Source: Eledone cirrhosa (lineage: Eukaryota). Taken from it: a stretch of DNA of 64,000 bases. Below the pieces are notes generated by a model. It was not told where the DNA came from, did not search any database, and saw only the letters and a list, made by a program, of their open reading frames with translations. A program made the position numbers and the translations under genes. Shown piece by piece: positions 1-12,270 of the stretch. The DNA lies in assembly GCA_964016885.1 (NCBI GenBank), contig OZ024743.1:118172001-118236000 (forward strand), in the 5' to 3' direction. Every line of letters starts with the position of its first letter. The stretch's first letter is position 1.

Positions 1-76
1 TTGTGTTTATGTGTGTGTGTGTTTGTGTCTGTTCATATTTTTAGCCAGCTTCATACTTTTTATAGAGTTCCATATA

Positions 77-116
<40 letters not shown>

Positions 117-326
117 TAGACATACATACACAGAAATCGCGCGCAGTCATATATACAAGTTCTCGAGCATAGACGAGCGTCTTGAGCAAGCGACTTTTAC
201 CGTAGTGTTGGTCCAACCCTCTAGAATGAGACTGTGTAGAGGCCGTATATCTCTAATTCAATCATCAAGAAGGTATTACACACCGTCTGTCGACGGTTCT
301 GTGTGAAGATTAATTCAATAGTACTA

Positions 327-511
327 AGGCGGTGGATTGGCGGTATCGGTAGAGGGTCGGACGCCATGCTTTCCAGCATAGTTACGTCCCTTTACGATCT
401 GAGTTCAAATCCCGCCGAGGTTGACTTTGCCTTTCATCCTTACGGGGTCGATAAAATAAAGTACCAGTAATGCACTGGATAATTGCTGGCCTTGTGCCTA
501 AAGTAGAAACA
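327..511 (+). mobile_element. tRNA-derived SINE, full length, with target-site duplication (TSD)
   Basis: A-box-like TGGCGGTATCGG and B-box GAGTTCAAATCCC. Core GACTTTGCCTTTCATCCTTACGGGGTCGATAAAATAAAGTACCAG recurs in about 8 copies in the window. TSD ATTAATTYAATAGTACTA at 309-326 and 512-529. Confidence 0.9.
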
Positions 512-1249
512 ATTAATTTAATAGTACTACACATATCTGTAGAATATTCAGCTAATTTCAAACTAATTCAATAAACGATTAGTTCATTTCATCAAACAAC
601 TGAATGCGCACCATCGCAGTATTGTTTGTGGGAATCGAACTCTAGCCTGCCGTCGGATGGACGGCTGTGCTACCGTTAGGGGTTTATATGCCAAAGTTGT
701 TGAACTGTTTTTCATAGACAAAAATTCTGTGTTGTAGCAGCTTACAATAAGCTCACATACATTCAAAATTCAATCTCGCTTAACACCCTATAAATATGAT
801 TTATTCTTTGATAACATCTACTGGCCAAAAGATTAGATTTAGAAATGATAGGTAAGTGGTCAGTATTCTCTTGGTGTAATGGTAGGGCAGCCGTCTAGCA
901 TGCTGTTTTGAGCTCGACTCCCACATGCAAAACTGTCCACTTTTTCCATTTCCCTTAGCAGCTTCTAATAAACTAACATAATTTCAAAATTAAAATTCGT
1001 TCAACGTATCGTAAATTGATTTTTGTTTGTGTATAAATTCAGATTTCGATTCACCATAGCAGCTTCGGACATGTTTTCCCTCTGTAGGATATTTTACCCG
1101 CGTTTCTAATATATTATTTATAACGGCCGATTGTTGCTACAGTTAGTTTCTGCGTTTGTTATTCCAACAATCTAAACTCTCAAATGAACAAGCATTTCAG
1201 GAATTTCAGAAGATCCTCCGCCGTTTGACGGTTTTTATTTTTCATCCCG

Positions 1250-1720
1250 CAGGGTGTCCATAATCCTCTTCCCCATCAAGCAAGCTTGGTGAGGTTGCCA
1301 GTTTAGTCGCCGACAACCCGGTTATGCACAAGTTGTACTGGGGTGCATCTTACCATTAGCGCTGAAGAGCGACCTGACATAAAATATATATATATCATGA
1401 GCAAGAGACTCCCAGTCTTCATTAAGACATCTCTCTAGAAGTTCATATAAAATCTGCGACTTCGTTTGCATCCAATGATGTAGAACAGTCCTTCTTTTGG
1501 GGTAAATGCATTCGGTGTTTAGAGAGTGGGATTGGCTCCGTGCACAGCCTTTCTTCACTTAAAAAAAGATTCAAGCACAGTCATCGTTTGATAGGTGACA
1601 TTTTTTTGGCGATGCATGGCATTGCTGGTCATTGGCAAGTCCCTAGCAGGAATAAAAAGACACGTCGATGCTGATTCTTAAGTACCAATCGATGGCATTA
1701 CTCGAAATCGAATTGCAGCC
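1250..1720. repeat. Dispersed repeat, unclassified; homologous to 55080-55690
   Basis: 1281-1378 matches ~55590-55688 on the same strand. ~1420-1720 matches ~55150-55430 on the opposite strand. Confidence 0.6.
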
Positions 1721-2599
1721 ATCATCATCATCAAGTATGTATGCATGCATGCATGTATGTATGTATATATGTATGTATGAATGTATGTATGCATGTATGT
1801 ATGTATGGACGAATGCATGCATATATGTATGTATTTATGAATGTGTGTATGTATGTATTATGTATGTAAGAATGCATATATATATATATATGCGTTCGTA
1901 TGCAAATTCAAATGGTAATAGCATTAGAAAATCGGGTAAACTATCTTTAGGGTAGAGAGAGAGACATATATTGATAGATATAGACGGAAATAGAGACTGA
2001 AAGAGAGACAGATTGAAAAAAAAAGAAAGAAAGAGAAAGAGAAAAAAAAACAAAAACATACAAACAGTTAAAAAACAGACTGGGGCAAATATACTGTTTT
2101 AAGTTACATCTAGTATCTTAATGTCTGAAAATTATGCAGAGCAAAATTCTATTTATTTTCTCTCTTAAAATATATCTTGGCCACAATCTAGACAATAAAT
2201 TCCACTCTTTAAGTTTTTGATTGATTGATTGATTACAAATATATTAATCTGTTAACGTATTCATACATTTAATTATTCATTTCATTTTATTTTATTAACA
2301 GGGGAGTCCGGCCATTGGTTTGCGCGTGAATACAATGCCAAAGGCGTCGTTGTATGAGGGAATTGGCTTGTATATAGAATACTGACAAATCGTGATGAGC
2401 TGTAATCAGATGATAACAAACCACCCACAACATCTGTTTCGGAGTGAGGGTCAAAAATATGACAATGGAAATTTAAGCCGTAGAAATGTTCGGCGTGTCC
2501 TGGTGTGACCTGAAAATACATCTTTCCTTTCCTTCCGTGTATTTTTCTTTTTTATTCTTTGTTTCCTTCGTTGGGTCTTTTTTTCTCTATTTATTTGTT

Positions 2600-2639
<40 letters not shown>

Positions 2640-2789
2640 TTTATAATTTTTATTCCAATATCGCTGACAAATGATGATTGTTGTTTGTGGCTTTGTTTCA
2701 ATGAATCAAATTCTCTTCTAGTTTCTCTCTCTCACTTTCCATTCATTGCATCTCACCCCTCGATCTCTCTTTACCTCCTCTCTCTCTCC

Positions 2790-2848
<59 letters not shown>

Positions 2849-2859
2849 CCTCTCTCTCA

Positions 2860-2893
<34 letters not shown>

Positions 2894-3076
2894 CACCTAT
2901 CACCCTACCTCTCTCTCTCTCTCTATAGATATATATATATATGATATATATATCACCCTACTCCTCTTTATTTATCTATCTGTGGTGTATCTTTCTATCT
3001 CTTAGAAAGATATACAAGGAGAACATATTACAAATGAATTAGATTTCTAGATAGACAGATAGATTTCTAGATTTCT

Positions 3077-3447
3077 AGATATACACATAGCTAAATAGTG
3101 AGATATATAAATAAGTAGATAGACAGATAGATATACACACAGCTAAATAGTGAGATATATAAATAAGTAGATAGACAGATAGATATACACACAGCTAAAT
3201 AGTGAGATATATAAATAAGTAGATAGACAGATAAATATACACATTGCTAAATAGTGAGATATATAAATAAGTAGATAGACAGATAAATATACACATAGCT
3301 AAATAGTGAGAGATATATATAAGTAGATAGAGAGATAGATATACACACAGCTAAATAATGAGATATATAAATAAGTAGATAGACAGATAGATATACACAT
3401 AGCTAAATAGTGAGATATATAAAAAAGTAGATAGACAGAGAGATAGA
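3077..3447. repeat. Minisatellite, 52-bp unit, about 7 copies
   Basis: AGATATACACAYAGCTAAATAGTGAGATATATAAATAAGTAGATAGACAGAT repeated with period 52 (ATACAC at 3081, 3133, 3185...). Confidence 0.95.
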
Positions 3448-3474
3448 TAGATATATCTCTCTATATATATTTTA

Positions 3475-3625
3475 GTCTTTTACTATTTCCAGTTATTGGA
3501 CTGCGAGCATGTCGGGGCACCCCATTAGACCGTTTAAATCGATTCTATGGACCCCAGTACTTATTTTATCAAACCTATATTGTCGAAAAGCTAAGTTACG
3601 GAACATAAACAATCAAACAAACACA
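3475..3625 (-). mobile_element. Degenerate SINE-like repeat of a second family
   Basis: GACCCCAGTACTTATTTTATC resembles the reverse complement of the SINE core. The family assignment is from memory of octopus repeats. Confidence 0.45.
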
Positions 3626-3882
3626 CATACGCTTGCATACAGAAATATATTGAGATTTATCAATAGATAGCGATGTTTAGAGTAAAGGATGAAACTAGAG
3701 AAAAGATCTTCTCGTTGCAACTGTTACCATTGGGTCTATTCCTTATTGCCAGTGTTTGTATGTTACTTTATCTTTCATTATAGCATAACTATGATTATAA
3801 TTATTATTTCTATTTCTATAATTAAAAGTAATAACAATTCAGTTACTGTCATTGTTGTCGTTGTTGTTATCACTATAAAGAA

Positions 3883-4509
<627 letters not shown>

Positions 4510-6060
4510 CGGCACTACACTAAGAGAATACGAAGCGGTGACAGGAGCAATGATCAACCAGGAAAAGTCGGTGGGCCTGCAGCTCGGCACATGGAGAGGC
4601 AGGTCCATGCTGTCCAACAGCGTCGTCGGGCGGTGGACGGAGGGACCAGTTAAATTGTTAGAGGTCTGTTCGGTCCGGAGCTCCAGACGGACAAAAACTG
4701 GGACGATGTGACGAGCAGGGTGGCTTCTCTCACCCAGAATTGGGCGGAGAGGAGGCTATCTCTGAAAGGTCGAGCGGAGGTTGCTAACGCGTACATCGCG
4801 TCCGTCATCTACTACCGCCTGACCGTCGTGCTTTGTCCTAAGCCTCGCCTGACTGCGCTGGAGCGTTTGCTCTTTCGCTTTTTATGGAAGGGATGCGCTC
4901 CGATGGTCAGGCGTTCCATCTGTTGTCAACACCCGCTACGTGGAGGGATGGGCATGCCGTGGATAATGATGCGCAGACACACGCGCTCAGGCTACGACAC
5001 CTCCACCTCTTCCTCAACGGTGATCAGGTGTGGTCGCCGTTTGCTAGACGCGTCTTTACCCAGCTCGTCTCCTTGACGGAGCTGCAGTACTGGGTCAAGC
5101 GAACACCGAGAGGAAGCGCTTGGAGACTGGAATGTCTTCAGGCGCTCACAGCCCTCGACCAATCAGGCAATGTAATCGGTGGAAACTCCACCTCGGCGTT
5201 CTATAGAGGATTAGTGGGGGGAAAGAGCGACGACGTACTTGGGGAAACTCTAGGCGTCGACGAATATCAACTAGCCAATCTCTTCGGAATAACTTTCGGG
5301 CCGGGGCCTATGGACAACTTCCAGAAATCCCTGGTCTGGCAGTGCTACTGAGGAGCTTTGCCAGTTCGGGATAAACTCTACAGGCATGGAGGTGCCGTCA
5401 GCCTAGCATGTCCGAGATGCACGCAGTGCGACGAAACCGTCCAATGCCCGTGCATTGCTGAGTTGTGGGTTTATGTCGAACACCTGCTGTCACGTGTAGG
5501 ACGGATCCGGCTATCAGCTGAGTCCACCGTGAGGATTGCCCCGCCCTCTTGCTTTAGCCGGGAAGGGCAGGCAGTTTTTATCTGTTTGGTGGCCATGGCG
5601 AAAGAGATAGTATGGTGGACACGTTTGAAAGGGCTGAAGACGAGCACTTACCTCTTCGGTGATGCCCTGATTAACTTTTTCAAATTTCATTTGAAAAGGA
5701 AAATCAGGGTATAGAGGGAAGTGCTCTCTTCCCAGCATTTTGTTGAAAGATGGGTGAGAGACGGAAGAATGGCCGGAGTGAATGGGCCTACTCTGAGTAT
5801 GTGTCTGTAAATTAAAGGTGGAAAACTGGGATAGGGCACTTGCCCTGGTGATCAGGGTCACTGTGGTATTTTAATGGGCTTTCTCCACAAATGTCCCTCG
5901 GAAGTCTCCCCCCTATTGTGGAATTTTTCATTGTTATTTCTTTGTTACATCCTCTGTTTTTGTTTTTTACACGCAGAAATACCCATTTGTACCGTCCTGT
6001 ATTGTCCTGTACTGTCCTTAATGTCTACTTTATGTAAACCCTTGTGGTTAATAAAGAAGG

Positions 6061-6124
<64 letters not shown>
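4510..6124 (+). mobile_element. L1/Tx1-type LINE copy A (subfamily 1), 5'-truncated and decayed, with (ATT)n tail 6062-6124
   Basis: Collinear with ~10465-12058 of copy B. C-terminal ORF2 has stops and frameshifts. 3' end reads AACCCTTGTGGTTAATAAAGAAGGC(ATT)n. Confidence 0.95.
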
Positions 6125-6332
6125 GGCGACCTACGTAGTAAATCGTATCATCGTGAGCTCCGCAAAGGTTTGTTATTTCCGTTTGTTAAAAATTGTCATT
6201 TATGGAAAATTTTATTGTTAACTGTTTATAAGCGCACATACATTGTTTTCCGAAAAGGACACCCAAAAAGATTGGGGCCTTGTGCCCAAAATTTTAACTT
6301 TTATTATTATCAAAAAATTTCTTTGAAAAAAA

Positions 6333-8328
6333 ATGGCTAATTCACCTCTGCACCAAGCAGCTGAAAGCCTTCCTCACAAATTAACACCTCACACCGACAC
6401 CACCATTGTAAATGTTACTACGTTTGCCAACACTACTAAAAATGTAAGCAGTAGCAATATTTTAAATTTGTCTCAGGCAGACATTCATTTCCCGCCATTA
6501 CCAATGACTGCAGGTGTTAAAGCCTCCACCACCACCACCACCGCGACAACCACCACCCACACCACCACCGCGACAACAGAAACAAAAGAAGAAAAAAAAA
6601 AATTAACTCGTGATGTCGAAATGAAATCAAGCAAAATGGACTCTTCCCCACCAAAGACGACTGACGTCACCACCACCACAACTGAAACTAAAATTAATAT
6701 TAACACAAATAACGATAGCAACAACAACAACAATGACATTATAAAAACCACCCTCAGTTTTGCCAGAGTAGCAAAACAGTTCGAAGCATTTACGGTAACT
6801 CAGGAGGATTTAGAAAATGCCAAACAAATGGTAAAGAAAGATGGGTACAGGGTCAGCCTCACCCCCCACCTAATAAAATGGAGCATCAGCGCCTATGCAC
6901 CGTGTCGTATCGAACAATAAATGTAAAATCGCGCCGAGTGGAACGGGCACCCGAGTCCCAAATCCAAAAAGCTTTGGAACATGTGTGGGCAAGAAAAACC
7001 CACATCAGACGTGGGCAGAAGTATGGAACCGTGGACGTGTTCTTTGAAACACCAGAGGAGGCTAGAGAACACTCCATGGCCCCATTAAGAATTGACGACT
7101 TCACACTCGTCCCAAGCTATTGTGGCCAGAGACTCGTAAACATCAGGGTGACCCATGTTCCACCGGCCATCGAAATTCCCTGGCTAATAGCGGCCATCCT
7201 CGCCGGCATCGAAGCCAAAACAAAAATAATAGCAATAGCAAAAGAAAAGCAGGAGAACTGGTTCGGATCTGGGATGGAGCTCCTGATCCAAGCGGACCAA
7301 AAAAGCATTGAGGAGATCCCAGAGGTAATAGACCTCACTGACGGCAGCCACCTCACGGTAATTAACGAGTGCAGAAGACCTAGGTGTGTCGTTTGTGGTG
7401 AAGGAACCCACCTAAGGGCTTTCTGCCCTCAGGCTAAAAGGTTGAGGCCACCTCTCCTACCCACCCCAGTGACACAACCATCAACACCACCAGTAGCAGA
7501 GATGGCAGCAACAACTGTAGCAGCAACAACAGAAGCAACTATAACAGCAACAATCCCAGCAACAGTAGCAAAAGCAACACCACCACTACCACCACCAGCA
7601 AAACCAACACCACCACCACCCAACGCTTCAGAACTAGCACCAGAGCCTACACCATCCACGACGCCACAACCAAAACTAACGCCTGTGGAGGATTTTCCAC
7701 TCCCCGGCCTATCACAACTGGAGACAGATTGTGACGACGAGGAGTGGGAAACGATATCCGGAAAAAAAAAAGAAACCAAAAAAGAAAAAATTCTCTTCCT
7801 TCCCCCTCCAAAAACAAAATACAGAGGGAAACAAATAAATTAAGAAAGAAAACAGTTAGGACAGATATGCCACCATCCACACCAGCATCACCAACCCCAT
7901 CAACCCAAACACCAACACCATCACCATCATTAACCCCAACACCACCATCACCTACACCACAAAAGTCACCAAAATGCGAAACAGAAACAAACCCACAACA
8001 AACGCAAACAAAACAAAACAACCAAAACGATACACACTACACAGCATTAAATTTGAACAACAAGCAATTATTACACTACATCCAACACAACACCAGCATC
8101 ACAGAAAAAGACTACACAACAACCCCAAAATTCACACCACCTCCACACATACAAATCACTCGCATCACACAGAAAACGTACATGACACTAAAAAAAAAAT
8201 TCCCCAAAGACATCGGAGACTTCCGACAAGCACTCTCCAGGAGGATTTATAAGGACATCCTTCCTGAGGAGGCCAGAAGCAGTGAAAAGGATGGAAAAAC
8301 CGTCCTTCCCCTACGAGAAGTAAGGTAA
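6333..8328 (+). pseudogene. LINE ORF1 (gag-like RNA-binding protein with zinc knuckle), frameshifted
   Basis: Pieces 6333-6920, 6878-7843 and 7744-8328. CVVCGEGTHLRAFC fits CX2CX4HX4C. RGQKYGTV is homologous to RGRQYGTV in copies C/D. Confidence 0.85.
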
Positions 8329-8362
8329 GTGGTCTTTCCCATCTTTTCCACTCCTTTTCAAC

Positions 8363-11300
8363 ATGACCTCACTCAGAATAGGCAGCATAAATGCGCGTGG
8401 CTTGGGGTCGTTATGGAAGCAGGGCCACCTGCTCAACGACCTCAGGTCACTAAACATAGATGTAGTGGCCATCAGCGAGACCAGAATCTCCGAAGCACAG
8501 GCTTTCGCACCGATCTTCGGCGGCTACGATGTGTACGCATCTCCCAGCCGTCCGGGATCGGGGGGAGGAGTTGCTGTGCTTTTTCGGAGAGGTTTGGATC
8601 TTGCCATACGGGCCATCTTCCTGGACCCAGAAGGTAAGTTGGTGGTGCTGGACGTGACCAGCGGAGACGGGCAAGCTTTCCGGTTAGTGGCCGTCTATGC
8701 CCCGACAGGAGCAGGGCGGCCTGATTTCTTCCGGCGTCTGGAGACCTTTCTTGGAACGTCCCGCTCTTTAGTGTTAGTGGGCGACTGGAACGGGATCTTA
8801 GATGCACGCTGGGATTGTGTGGGATTAGTGGATAGGGAAGGAGGGTGCAAGAGTCTCACCAACCTGCTCAGACGTTTTGAACTGTCTGACAAGTACCGAA
8901 TGGATTTCCCGAATGTACCAATGTGGACTTGGACAAATCGCATAGGGTCATCCAGATCATATCTAGATAGAATATGTTGTAGGGAAATAGATATGTCTAG
9001 CATAGGCTGTCCACAATTCAAGATAGTCAGCTACACGGACCACAAATTCGTGATCTGTGTGCTTGACTTAGATAGGCTTCATAGACGAGGACCCGGCTAC
9101 TGGAAGCTAAACGCGTCCTTACCAGCGCGCAAGGCCTACAGAGACCGGATTAGCGAACTAGTTAAGCGGGCGTTGACGGGGCCATCGTCAACAACAAGTG
9201 GTGGTTTGCTCTGAAAAGAGCAATTAGAATAGAGTCCATTAGGTTTAGTAAGACTTTAGCAATAGAGAAAAATAGAGCAGAGGGAGAATTAGTTAGAAAA
9301 TTAGATGAGGCGCTCAGCAAAGGCATCGCGACCGACGTACTTGCGGCGAGATTGGCCCTTGACCAATTCTTCAATGCAAAGCACGAAGGATGCGTTGTCA
9401 GAGCTAGGGTGCGTGCTCTCAGACACGAGAGGACGAAAGCCGTTCAATGGGCCCGAGTGGCGGAGGCGCGTCGTGGCAACAAAGCCACGATCCGGTCTTT
9501 GGTGGACCACGACGGGCGCATGCTACTCGATCCCGGGCAAATGTGTGAAGCTTTTCAGCGACACTTCGCTCAACTGTTCGGGGCAGTGGCGGGCCGTATC
9601 GAGGGATGGGCTTTAGTGTCTACCTCGACGGACTGCCGCGGCTTTCGGCCAAGAGGCGGAGTGTTGCGAAAAGCCGATAACAACCGCTGAAGTACGGGAT
9701 GCAATGACTAGTTGCACAAGGGGTAAATCGCCTGGTTTGGATGGTCTGCCCTATGAACTTTACGTACAAATGCCAGACTTGTTCGGAGGCCTCTTGGCGG
9801 ACGTCTACTGCAACTGGCAACAGAAAGGGAGAATTCCCAGCTCTGTGAGCCGAGGAGCGGTGGCGCTGCTGAGAAAGGATCCGAACAAGGGGGATAACAT
9901 AGATAATTTTAGGCCCATAACTCTGCTAAACACAGAGTTCAAGATTTTGGCCAAGGTGCTAGCAAAGAGCTTGGCGCTTGTCGTTGGTGGTCTGGTGGGA
10001 GAGGCACAGACATGCGCCATTCCCGACAGATCCATCCACGACAACCTCCACCTCATGCGATACATCGTAGAGAGTGTAGCTAGGGAACCTGGCACGGGTG
10101 GGTCTTTGATCAATTTAGATCAGTCGAAAGCCTTCGATAGGGTCGACCATCGTTACCTAGCGGCAGTCCTGAGGGCGGCTGGCTTTGGGCCCGTCTTCAG
10201 AGGCTGGATCGATGCCATGCACAGCGACATCTGCTCTGTAGTGAGAGTGAACGGTCACCTTTCGGAACCGTTCAACATCATGCGCTCGGTCCGCCAAGGA
10301 TGTCCCCTCTCGTCCCTATTGTACGTATTGACTCTCGAGCCATTACTGCACAAACTGGAGACGTTGAGGGGGGTCCCGCGCGAACTAGGATGCGGAAGAT
10401 CCGTGTCAGCATATGCCGACGATGTCACCGTAGTGGTGTCGAACGCCAAACACATCGAGGCGATCGGCACTACACTAAGAGAATACGAAGCGGTGACAGG
10501 AGCAATGATCAACCAGGAAAAGTCAGTAGGCCTGCAGCTCGGCACCTGGAGAGGCAGGTCCATGCCGTACAACAGCGTCGTCAGACGCTGGACGGACCGA
10601 CCGGTTAAATTGCTAGGGGTCTGTTCGGTCCAGACCTCCGGACGGACAAAAACTGGGACGAGGTGACGAGCAGGGTGGCTTCTTTCACCCAGAAATGGGC
10701 TGAGAGGAAGCTATCCCTGAAAGGTCGAGCGGAGGTGGCTAACGCGTACATCGCGTCCGTCATCTACTACCGCCTGACCGTCGTACCTTGTCCTAAGCCC
10801 CGCCTGACTGCGCTGGAGCGTTTGCTCTTTCGCTTCTTGTGGAAGGGACGCGCTCCGATGGGAAGGCGGTCCATCTGCTGTCAACACCCGCTACGTGGAG
10901 GGATGGGCATGCCGTGCCTGATGATGCGCAGACACGCGCTCAGGCTACGACATCTCCACCTCTTCCTCGACGGTGATCAGGTGTGGTCGCCGTTTGCTAG
11001 ACACGTTTTCCCCCAGCTCGTCTCCTTGACGGAGCTGCAGTCCTGGGTCAAGCGAAGACCGAGAGGGAGCGCTTGGAGACTGGAATGTCTCCAGGCGCTC
11101 ACAGCCCTCGACCAATCGAGCAATGTGATCGGTGGAAACTCCACCTTGGCGTTCTATAGGGGATTAGTGGAGGAGAAGAGCGACGACGTACTTGGAGAAA
11201 CTCTAGGCGTCGACGAAAATCAACTAGCCAATCTCTTCGGAAGGACTTTCGGGCCGGGGCCTATGGACAACTTCCAGAAATCCCTGGCCTGGCAGTGCTA

Positions 11301-11778
11301 CCAGGGTGCTTTGCCAGTCCGGGATAAACTTTACAGGCATGGAGGTGCCGTCAGCCGGGCATGTCCGAGATGCGCATAGGGCGACGAAACCGTCCTGCAC
11401 GCACTCGTCCAGTGTCCGAGCATTGCTGACTTGTGGGTTTATGTCGAACACCTGCTGTCACGTGTAGGACGGATCCAGCTATCAGCTGAGTCCATCGTGA
11501 GGATTGCCCCGCCCTCTTCCTTTAGCCGGGAAGGGCAGGCAGTTTTTATCTGTCTGGTGGCCATGGCGAAATAGATAGTATGGTGGACACGTTTGAAAGG
11601 GCTGAAGACGAGCACTTACCTCTTCGGTGATGCCCTGATTAACTTTTTCAAATTTCACCTGAAAAGGAAAATCAGGGTAGAGAGGGAAGTGCTCTCTTCC
11701 CAGCATTTTGTTGAAAGATGGGTGAGAGAAGCAAGTATGGCCCGAATGAATGGGCCTACTCTGAGTATGTGTCTGTAA
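8363..11778 (+). pseudogene. LINE ORF2 (APE endonuclease, reverse transcriptase, C-terminal zinc finger), disrupted
   Basis: APE motifs SINARGL, SETR, GDWN, TDH. RT motifs KSPGLDG, QGCPLS, YADD. Frameshifts near 9180, 9610-9660 and 10620; in-frame TAG stops at 11377 and 11572. Confidence 0.95.
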
Positions 11779-12018
11779 ATTAAAGGTGGAAAACTGGGAT
11801 AGGGCACTTACCCTGGTGGTCAGGGCCACTGTGGTCTTTTAGTGGGCTTTCTCCACAAATGTCCCTCGGAAGTCTCCCCCCTATTGGGGAATTTTTCTTT
11901 ATTTTATTTCATCCTCTGTTTTTTTTACACGCAGAAATGCCCATTTGTACCGTCCTGTATTGTCCTGTACTGTCCTTAATGTCTACTTTATGTAAACCCT
12001 TGTGGTTAATAAAGAAAA

Positions 12019-12058
<40 letters not shown>

Positions 12059-12270
12059 GACGAAAGTGGATGTACGTTTTTTGAAGCTCCGTGAGTAAGC
12101 GATTTTTTGAGGATTAATTGTAGAGAATTGTTTATTTTTTGTACCGTTGAAGCATTATAAGACTTTCATTTGTATCCTGTGAAGGAATAACTCATAATAT
12201 TTGGGCCTTTTGGCCCAAATATTTGAACTTTATTTTGAAAAAAAAATAATAATTTTTTTCTCAAAAAAAC

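Larger units (their letters stand above)
6125..12058 (+). mobile_element. L1/Tx1-type LINE copy B (subfamily 1), full length but disrupted, with (ATT)n tail 12020-12058
   Basis: 5'UTR, ORF1 with CCHC knuckle, APE-RT ORF2 and 3'UTR with AATAAA. Starts directly after the ATT tail of copy A. Confidence 0.95.

Noticed and set aside
327-420. tRNA gene
   Set aside because: A and B boxes belong to the SINE head; there is no complete cloverleaf.
3077-3447. CRISPR-like periodicity
   Set aside because: Tandem units with no unique spacers, no cas genes, and a eukaryotic context.
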